DNA of 64,000 nucleotides from Limnothrix sp. BL-A-16 (GTDB lineage Bacteria > Cyanobacteriota > Cyanobacteriia > CACIAM-69d), in assembly GCA_041937175.2 (NCBI GenBank), contig CP166615.1, positions 384,001 to 448,000 on the forward strand, read 5' to 3'. Made by a program: the position numbers and the translations under genes. Positions 56,798 through 64,000 of this stretch are shown here, piece after piece; the first letter of the stretch is position 1, and the number at the start of each line of letters is the position of its first letter. The notes under the pieces were generated by a model. The model saw only the letters and a list, made by a program, of their open reading frames with translations. It was not told the origin of the DNA and ran no database searches.

Positions 56798-57031
56798 ATG
56801 ATTAGCCAAGCCATTGCCCGCTACATCGAAGGTACCGACAGTTCCCACAAACCTTGGTTGCTGGTGCAGCTTCGCCTTGCCAAATTGGAAGAGCAGCGCG
56901 ATCGTCTTTCACCAGCGGAATATTCCCAAGCCCTAGCGGACATTCACCAAGACTTGATGAATTTGGGTGAATGGTGGGTCGGTCGCGAACAGGAAATGTT
57001 TCGACCTCATGGGCCAGGCGGCAACGAGTAA
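56798..57031 (+). CDS. Small hypothetical protein translationally coupled to ppk1
   Basis: HKPWLL.QLRL.KL...LM.LGEWW.G.E; the stop TAA overlaps the ppk1 ATG (TAATG). Confidence 0.65.
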   Translation: MISQAIARYIEGTDSSHKPWLLVQLRLAKLEEQRDRLSPAEYSQALADIHQDLMNLGEWWVGREQEMFRPHGPGGNE

Positions 57032-59259
57032 TGACTAGGGCGCAACGAGCTACCACGGAAAATCCCGATCGACCGGAATCGCAATCGATCGACCTGCAAG
57101 ATCCGCAGTACTACTTCAACCGGGAACTGAGTTGGATTCAGTTCAACCGGCGGGTGCTGCACGAATCCATGGACGATCGCAACCCCCTGTTGGAGCGGTT
57201 GAAGTTCTCTGCAATCTTCAGCTCCAACTTGGATGAATTTTTCATGGTGCGTGTGGCTGCCCTCAAAAAACAGGTGGAGGCGGGTGTGGCCAAGCGGCCC
57301 CCCGACGGGCGATCGCCCCAACAGCAACTGATTGAAATTGCCGAACACCTGCGCCCGATCGTGGCCGACCAACACCAACACTACGCCAAGGTGTTGCGCC
57401 CTCTGCTGGCCGAGCAAGGCATTTACCTGCTGGATTACGTTGACCTGAACCAAGAGCAGCGGGCCTATCTCCATCAGCTCTTTGAGGCGGAAATCTTCCC
57501 GGTGCTCACGCCCTTGGCCGTGGATCCGGGTCATCCCTTTCCTCATATCTCCAACCTCAGCCTGAATCTGGCGGTGGTGGTTCAAGACCCCGAAACCCAG
57601 GAAGATCACTTTGGGCGAGTGAAGGTTCCCGAAAGCTTACCCCGCTTTTTGCCCTTGGCGGCCGATAGTCTGGATCCGGCCACCCTCAGTGCCGATTGGG
57701 TGGGGGCCAATCCCGGTAAGCCGGTTTGGGTTTGCGTGGCGATCGAGCAGGTGATTGCTCACAACCTGGAAAGCCTGTTTCCGGGCATGAATATCCTGGA
57801 ATATCAGCCCTTTCGGGTCACCCGCAACGCGGACATCGCCGTGGCGGAAGACGAGGCCGATGATCTGCTGCTGGCGATCGAACAGGAATTGCGAAAACGG
57901 CGCTTGGGCGGTTCCGTGGTGCGGCTGGAGGTGCTGGACACCATGCCCACGGAAATTAGCGATCGACTGCTCGAAGAGTTGGAAATTACCGCCGAGAGCG
58001 TCTATCCCGTCACCGGTCTGCTGGGGCTGCGGGACTTCATGGCCTTTTTGGGCTTACCTTTGCCCCATTTGAAGGATCCGTCCTGGAACCCAGTGATTCC
58101 TAAGCGGGTGCAGCGCCTGCCGGAACCTTCGGAAAGTGTGCAGTCCCCAGAGGAAGAGGAAGTCAGCGACTTTTTCACAGAAATTCGCCGTCAAGACTTG
58201 CTGTTGCACCATCCCTATCACTCCTTTTCGGCCACGGTGCAGCGGTTTATCACGGAAGCGGCCCGCGATCCGAATGTGCTGACGATCAAGATGACCCTGT
58301 ATCGCACCTCTGGCGACTCCCCGATCGTCCATGCCCTAATTGATGCGGCGGAAAACGGCAAACAGGTGGTGGTGTTGGTGGAACTCAAGGCTCGGTTTGA
58401 TGAAGAAAACAACATCAACTGGGCCCGCAAGCTGGAAAGCGCCGGGGTGCATGTGGTTTATGGCTTGGTGGGCCTGAAAACCCACACCAAGATTGTGCTG
58501 GTGGTGCGCAAGGAGCCGGAGGGCCTGCGCCGCTACGTCCATATTGGAACCGGAAACTATAACCCCAAAACCGCCAAGCTCTACACCGATGTGGGGCTGC
58601 TCAGTTGCCGGCCGGAGCTGGGGGCTGACTTGACCGATTTGTTCAATTACCTAACGGGTTATTCTCGCCAACGCGCCTATCGCAAGCTGTTGGTGGCCCC
58701 GGTGAACATGCGCGATCGAATGGTGGCCTTGATTCAGCGGGAGCGCGACTGGGCCCGCCAGGGTCAACAGGGGCGGGTTGTGGCCAAAATGAACGCCCTG
58801 GTGGATCCGGTGGTGATTCGGGCGCTGTATGAAGCCTCCCAAGCGGGGGTGCAGGTGGATTTGATTGTGCGGGGAATTTGTTGTTTGCGGCCGGGTTTGC
58901 CGGGCCTGAGCGACCATATCCGCGTGGTCAGCATTGTGGGCCGCTTTTTGGAACATTCCCGCATTTTCTATTTCCACAATGGCGGCCAAGATGAGCTGTA
59001 TATTGGCAGTGCCGATTGGATGCCCCGCAATTTGACGCGACGGGTGGAGGCGGTCACCCCGATCGAGGATCCGGACTTGGTGCAAGAGTTGCAAGCGATT
59101 TTGGGCGTAATGTTGGCCGACACCCGCAACGCTTGGGAACTGCAATCGGATGGGATCTATAACCAACGACAACCCCTTGGTAAATCAGATCCGCAAGCTT
59201 CCCAGGTGGTGTTGATGCAGTTGGCGGAACAGGAAGCGGTGTTGAAGGATGACGATTAG
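57031..59259 (+). CDS. ppk1: Polyphosphate kinase 1
   Basis: NRELSW, SSNLDEFFMVRVA, LHHPY, ELKARFDEE, KTH.K, FLEHSR, GSADWM.RN. Confidence 0.97.
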   Translation: MTRAQRATTENPDRPESQSIDLQDPQYYFNRELSWIQFNRRVLHESMDDRNPLLERLKFSAIFSSNLDEFFMVRVAALKKQVEAGVAKRPPDGRSPQQQLIEIAEHLRPIVADQHQHYAKVLRPLLAEQGIYLLDYVDLNQEQRAYLHQLFEAEIFPVLTPLAVDPGHPFPHISNLSLNLAVVVQDPETQEDHFGRVKVPESLPRFLPLAADSLDPATLSADWVGANPGKPVWVCVAIEQVIAHNLESLFPGMNILEYQPFRVTRNADIAVAEDEADDLLLAIEQELRKRRLGGSVVRLEVLDTMPTEISDRLLEELEITAESVYPVTGLLGLRDFMAFLGLPLPHLKDPSWNPVIPKRVQRLPEPSESVQSPEEEEVSDFFTEIRRQDLLLHHPYHSFSATVQRFITEAARDPNVLTIKMTLYRTSGDSPIVHALIDAAENGKQVVVLVELKARFDEENNINWARKLESAGVHVVYGLVGLKTHTKIVLVVRKEPEGLRRYVHIGTGNYNPKTAKLYTDVGLLSCRPELGADLTDLFNYLTGYSRQRAYRKLLVAPVNMRDRMVALIQRERDWARQGQQGRVVAKMNALVDPVVIRALYEASQAGVQVDLIVRGICCLRPGLPGLSDHIRVVSIVGRFLEHSRIFYFHNGGQDELYIGSADWMPRNLTRRVEAVTPIEDPDLVQELQAILGVMLADTRNAWELQSDGIYNQRQPLGKSDPQASQVVLMQLAEQEAVLKDDD

Positions 59260-59293
59260 TTGTCGCTAGTGGTGGATTGATTGATCAATTGCG

Positions 59294-60877
59294 GTGGCGG
59301 ATACGGTGGCAGCGTTGCCTGATGCCCAAGGCCTGGGGGCCAAAAGTTCTGTAGCCGAAAACCCTGTGGCCGAAAACAAGGAGCCGATCGCCCCTGAATT
59401 GCTTCGGCAACGGCTCCGATCGGCCATTTGCGATCGGCCCCAGGACTCGGATTTATACGTGCAGTTCGCCCAGGTTCTAGCCCAACTGCAACGTTGGCCG
59501 GCGGCGGCCCTGGCCCTGTGGCGGGCGGCGGAGTTGGCTCCTGCTAACTGGCGGTTGTGGCTGCAAGGGGCCCAGGTGGCGGAAGGGCTGGGCGATCGCC
59601 CGATGGCGATTCGGGCCTACTTGCGATCGCTCCAGACCAATGGCAACGGGGCCACCTGCTGTTTTCGGGTGGCGCGGCTGCTGCGGGAATTGGGGCGCGA
59701 TCAGGAAGCGGCCGACTGTGAGCGCTGGCAACTGCCCCCCGCGATCGTCCAGGAATTCGCGCGGTTGGACTATCCCTTGCATTGGTGCTCCGCCGCCGAT
59801 TTACCCGCAGCACAAACCCGCTGGCTAGAGCCGATCGCGCCCTATCCTCCCCTCAAAGCTGCTCAGATGTTGGGGCCTGTGCATCCACACCTGGATCCAG
59901 ACACTGCCCCCCAACTGCCGCCCTGGCCACGCCCTGGGGTGGTAGCCCTTCCCCAGGGGCGGGCCCAAATTTCCCAGTTGGGGATCTGTATTACCACGGC
60001 CGATCATCAAGTTATCCAGGAACTGTCCTCGGGGATTGCACCCTTGCAGGCGGTGAGCCAGCCACCCCCCGTTCGGAAGTTGCCGGGTACGGCAGCCTTT
60101 TTGTCTGTGCGGTTTCGGCCCAACTATTGGCATTGGATGGTGGACTGTTTGCCCCGGTTGGCTTGGTTGGCGGAGGCGGGGTTTGAGCGATCGGCGATCG
60201 ATTGGTGGGTGTTCGATCGCCTCGACTATCCCTTTCAATTCGCCACCCTGGAGCGCTTGGGCATTGACCCTGATCGCGTCGTTTCCAGCGATCGTCATCC
60301 CCACCTTCAAGCCGATCGGCTCTTGGCCCTACCATCTTTGGGCCGCTGCACCCCCATTGCTGATAACACCTTCACTCCCCAGACCCGCGAATTTTTGCGC
60401 CGGGAATTTTTACCGCTGGCAACGGCGATCGATCCGGCCCACTGTCCCGATCGGCTCTACATCACAAGGCGCAACAATGTGCAGCATCGCCGGTTTTTAA
60501 ACGAAGCGGAAATTTTGCCCCTGTTGACCCAACGAGGGTTTCAGGCGGTGGATCTCGATGGTCTCAGCCTGGGTCACCAAGCTGCCCTGTTCCAGCGGGC
60601 CCGCGCCATTGTGGCTCCCCATGGCGCAGGTTTGACCAATTTGGCCTACGCCGAACCGGGCGCAACGGTGATTGAGCTATTTCCACCACGCTACGTGGCG
60701 AACTTCTTTTGGTTGGTGGCCAACTGTAGCCATTTGAACTATTGGGCCCTGTTGGGGCGCGAAACGTTGCCACCCTTGCCGATCGGGGACTGGATGGCCC
60801 AGGCCCAAGCCTATCGAGATGATTTGGAAATCGATCCTCAGGCCTTGGCAACCATCCTCGATCGGGCAAATTTATAG
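59294..60877 (+). CDS. TPR plus glycosyltransferase family 61 (DUF563) protein
   Basis: N-terminal TPR helices; NYWHW..D.LPRL, LYITR...RR..NE, APHGAGLTN. Confidence 0.85.
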   Translation: MADTVAALPDAQGLGAKSSVAENPVAENKEPIAPELLRQRLRSAICDRPQDSDLYVQFAQVLAQLQRWPAAALALWRAAELAPANWRLWLQGAQVAEGLGDRPMAIRAYLRSLQTNGNGATCCFRVARLLRELGRDQEAADCERWQLPPAIVQEFARLDYPLHWCSAADLPAAQTRWLEPIAPYPPLKAAQMLGPVHPHLDPDTAPQLPPWPRPGVVALPQGRAQISQLGICITTADHQVIQELSSGIAPLQAVSQPPPVRKLPGTAAFLSVRFRPNYWHWMVDCLPRLAWLAEAGFERSAIDWWVFDRLDYPFQFATLERLGIDPDRVVSSDRHPHLQADRLLALPSLGRCTPIADNTFTPQTREFLRREFLPLATAIDPAHCPDRLYITRRNNVQHRRFLNEAEILPLLTQRGFQAVDLDGLSLGHQAALFQRARAIVAPHGAGLTNLAYAEPGATVIELFPPRYVANFFWLVANCSHLNYWALLGRETLPPLPIGDWMAQAQAYRDDLEIDPQALATILDRANL

Positions 60878-60916
60878 AAATCAGACAACTATTGCAACTC
60901 CAGTTGCTGATCAGAC

Positions 60917-63900
60917 CTAGACCAAAGCCGGAGCCAAATCTGCTGCGGTCAGTTGGTTCGGTGTGAGGTTGGCGATTTTGGCTAGGAGCGTTGTGCCGTT
61001 GCTGAGGTTCAAGAAGCCATCACTTACCGCAAGGCTAAGAGACTCGAAGGTAATTCCAGTGGGCAAAACGAGGCGATCGATCCCGTCTTCAAAATCAAGA
61101 ATCGTCTCCGTACCTTCACCAATTACAAAGCGATCGCTCCCCGCGCCACCGATTAGAGTGTCATCGCCCCGATCTCCGCTGAGCAGATCATCGCCAGAAC
61201 CACCAGAGAGCAGATCTGCACCCTGACCGCCAAACAGGAGATCGTTGCCAGCGCCGCCAATGAGCTGGTCATCCTGTTGGTTGCCATAAAGAGTATCGTT
61301 CCCCTCGCCACCCATCAAAAAATCAGCCCCCGCGTCTGTGGCCGCCCCGGGCAGACTGCGATCGCCAAACAACAAATCATTGCCCGACCCGCCCAAGACC
61401 GTATCAGGGCCCAAGTCACCCGACAGGAAATCATCCCCCGCCTCACCGTTCAGCCAATCTTGATCACGGCCACCCGCAAGCAAATCATGGCCTTCTCCCC
61501 CAAAAAGATAATCCTTGCCCTGTTTGCCAATTAATTGATCATTGCCCCCAAGTCCCAATAGATAGTCGTCGTTTGCTTGGCCGTTCAGTTGCTCATGCTC
61601 CTCGCTGCCAAGTTGTTGTGTTGCATCTGACGGAATGATTGGTTCACTGAAGGATGGCACATCAAATAGAAGGCTGGAGTCAAAGGGAAGACTGCCTGTG
61701 ATTGGAAAGCGATAGGTTGGCGGGTCGCCATCGGTCTTCAGAACAACCTGACCTGAGTATTGACCCGCTGGTCCGCTGAGTTGGAGCGTGATGGGAGCGG
61801 ATTGCCCTGGCAACACCACTTCAGGCAGCGGGCTAACCAAGCTAAATCCAGTGGGCAACTCCAAGCCAAAGATCTTAAGAGGATAAGGACTGAGGCTAGC
61901 GATGGTCAGCAAAGGGAACTGCCCCTGATTTTCGGGAGTGGCCTCAAAGCGAGTTGGAACGTTGGTGTTGTTCAGGATCGTTGGGCCGTTGTTGCCGAAA
62001 TTGAGCGAAAAGTAAGCAGGGGGCGGGGGAGCCGCCACGATTGGAATGCTGGGCGCGGGCGCAGGGGCAGGCGTTGGGATCGGGGTTGGGGTCGGGGCTG
62101 GTGTTGGTGGCGGGGGAGCAGTGTCGTTATCGGTGATAGAAATGTTTTGACTGGTGGTTGTGCCGAGGGTAATGCCACTGCTGGGGCTGGAAATGGTTAA
62201 TGTGGCAGTCTCCGTAGCTTCAATCAAAGCATCATCAACGATGGTGAAGGTGGCAGTTCCAGTGGTGGCTCCGTTGGGGATGGTAATGGTTGTACCGGAA
62301 AGGGTGTAGTCACCAAGATCAATATCCGCGCCACTCACACTGAGAGTTACAGTTTGTTGACCAGCGACGGCAGAAGAAGCTGTTGCAGTGACAGTTATGG
62401 TGGTGACACTGGCTTCCGTACCGTTGCTAGAACTAACAGAGAGGTTGACCGTGGGTGCTGGACTAATCTTTCGGATGCGTTGGTTAGCCCGATCAATGAC
62501 GTAGAGATTACCACCATAAAATGCTAAGCCAGTAGGATTGGTTACGATTGCCGAAGCAGCCGCAGTACCATCAGGGCTAAAACCACTGTTCGCACCCGTA
62601 CCAGCTATCGTCGAGATACTGCCAGTAATAGCATCTACCTTCCGGATTCGATGATTATTCCGGTCAGCAATGTAGAGATTGCCGTCACTATCAACTGCTA
62701 CGCCATTGGGATATCTCAGTTGTGCCGAGGTTGCCGCACCGTTATCGCCGCTGAAGCCAGTCGTGCCAGTACCCGCAAAAGTGGAAATACTGCCACTAGT
62801 GTCTACTTTCTGAATCCGATTATTGCCCCGGTCAGCAATGTAAAGGTTGCCGCTGTTGTCAATCGCGATACCACCAGGAGCATTCAAACCTGATGCCACG
62901 ACAGTCGAGATGATGCCGCTAGGATCTACCTTCCGAATGCGCGCACCGTTATTTTCAGCGATGTAGAGATTGCCACCACCGAAGGCTACACCGATCGGCT
63001 TGTTGAGTGTCGCCGAGGTTGCCGCACTACCATCACCAGTAGAGCCAGCCGTACCATTACCCGCTACGGTAGTGATATTGCCACTAGTATCTACTTTCCG
63101 AACGCGGTTGTTCTGTTCATCGGCAATGTAGAGATTACCGCTACCATCAAGAGCAATGTTAGTCGGAGCGTTTAACTGTGCCGCAGTTGCTGCACCGCCA
63201 TCACCAGCAAAGCCAGCCGTACCATTACCCGCTACGGTAGTGATATTGCCACTAGTATCTACTTTCCGAATGCGGTGGTTACTGAAGTCGGCAATGTAGA
63301 GATTGCCGCTACTATCGAAAGCTATCCCGTAAGGAGCGTTTAACTGTGCCGCAGTTGCTGCACCGCCATCACCAGCAAAGCCAGCCGTACCATTACCCGC
63401 TACGGTAGTGATGATATTTGCCAAAACGTGGGCATACTCTGCCTGCACAATTTCACTTACGACGGGCAGTGCTTCAATCTGCCCCGTCTTCACCTCTAAA
63501 TCCCAGTCGCCCCCCAGACTAGCCGCCCCCGTCAGGTCTTCGCTAACTGCCACATCTGCCCCCGTCAGGTGCGACAATACCTGCGGCAAGCTGGCACTCG
63601 GCCCCGCCCCCACATTGCAGCCATACAGCAGCAAATCCGCTCCCGGTGCGATCGCTTTTTTCCAACCCTCTAGAGCTTCACTGTAGGTTGTAGCCGCACT
63701 GACCACATCCAGCGCTGAGTTACCTAAAAAGACCCGGTTTGGTTCACCGTGGGAGAAAACATGGATCGAAGCCAGGTCTTGATAATTCTCCAGGGCTTCG
63801 CTAATTTGCTCAATTCCGTCCTGTTCTGGGTCAAGAATTAACGCTTCAGTTCCAGGGGTTAAACCCTCGCGCAGTTGCTCCCAGTCAGGAACTTGCGAAT

Positions 63901-63949
63901 CAAAAACAACGAGATTCCGGGGAGTGGTCAACGCCTGTGGAGTAGTCAT
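60917..63949 (-). CDS. Secreted/surface protein: DUF4347, NHL repeats, Calx-beta-like domain and RTX Ca-binding repeats
   Basis: IH.FSHG...DLLLYGC.V...GGDWDLE (DUF4347); GNLYIAD..N.RIRKV repeats; DD...E..E; GG.G.D.L repeats (type I secretion substrate). Confidence 0.88.
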   Translation of the reverse strand: MTTPQALTTPRNLVVFDSQVPDWEQLREGLTPGTEALILDPEQDGIEQISEALENYQDLASIHVFSHGEPNRVFLGNSALDVVSAATTYSEALEGWKKAIAPGADLLLYGCNVGAGPSASLPQVLSHLTGADVAVSEDLTGAASLGGDWDLEVKTGQIEALPVVSEIVQAEYAHVLANIITTVAGNGTAGFAGDGGAATAAQLNAPYGIAFDSSGNLYIADFSNHRIRKVDTSGNITTVAGNGTAGFAGDGGAATAAQLNAPTNIALDGSGNLYIADEQNNRVRKVDTSGNITTVAGNGTAGSTGDGSAATSATLNKPIGVAFGGGNLYIAENNGARIRKVDPSGIISTVVASGLNAPGGIAIDNSGNLYIADRGNNRIQKVDTSGSISTFAGTGTTGFSGDNGAATSAQLRYPNGVAVDSDGNLYIADRNNHRIRKVDAITGSISTIAGTGANSGFSPDGTAAASAIVTNPTGLAFYGGNLYVIDRANQRIRKISPAPTVNLSVSSSNGTEASVTTITVTATASSAVAGQQTVTLSVSGADIDLGDYTLSGTTITIPNGATTGTATFTIVDDALIEATETATLTISSPSSGITLGTTTSQNISITDNDTAPPPPTPAPTPTPIPTPAPAPAPSIPIVAAPPPPAYFSLNFGNNGPTILNNTNVPTRFEATPENQGQFPLLTIASLSPYPLKIFGLELPTGFSLVSPLPEVVLPGQSAPITLQLSGPAGQYSGQVVLKTDGDPPTYRFPITGSLPFDSSLLFDVPSFSEPIIPSDATQQLGSEEHEQLNGQANDDYLLGLGGNDQLIGKQGKDYLFGGEGHDLLAGGRDQDWLNGEAGDDFLSGDLGPDTVLGGSGNDLLFGDRSLPGAATDAGADFLMGGEGNDTLYGNQQDDQLIGGAGNDLLFGGQGADLLSGGSGDDLLSGDRGDDTLIGGAGSDRFVIGEGTETILDFEDGIDRLVLPTGITFESLSLAVSDGFLNLSNGTTLLAKIANLTPNQLTAADLAPALV

Positions 63950-64000
63950 CGTTAGGAAGTTGTGATTGTTGGTAGTGGGTAATAGCTAAGAAGGTTCTGA

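Overview
This 64 kb window comes from a beta-cyanobacterium, judged from dense HIP1 GCGATCGC octamers and beta-carboxysome, cytochrome b6f and NDH-1 genes. It is mostly core metabolism: (i) an NDH-1(4) CO2-uptake operon (ndhF4-ndhD4-cupB-DUF4346) divergent from a carboxysome operon ccmK-L-M-N-O; (ii) ctpA, petB and petD; (iii) an orphan sulfate-binding protein followed by a TonB/TolA-like protein, exbB, exbD and a DUF4333 lipoprotein; (iv) obgE and an RND efflux pair; (v) a contiguous hoxEFUY-orf-hoxHW-nifJ-pyrD-like cluster; (vi) hemH, a Ser/Thr kinase, manC, an EVE protein, ppk1, a GT61-like protein and a DUF4347/NHL/RTX protein. The most striking feature is a three-layer nested mobile structure at 54531-56018. 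A REP-like palindrome (CAAGGGGCTTAAGYCCCTTG) was split by a 142-bp TIR mini-element with a TA duplication. The new mini-element/REP junction was then targeted by an IS621-like IS110 element (54685-56008). The element's left non-coding end carries a readable bridge RNA. Its target guides (ACAGGCCCT / GGCTTAG) match the reconstructed target ACAGGCC-CT-AAGTC, and its donor guides (ACAGTATT / CAAG) match the circle junction ACAGTAT-CT-TG. A -35/-10 promoter forms only on circularisation. A second mini-element family (GAGGATGT..TGA TIRs) carrying the same palindrome sits inside the CO2-uptake and hox operons. No rRNA, tRNA or CRISPR array was seen. All calls were made by eye, without database searches.
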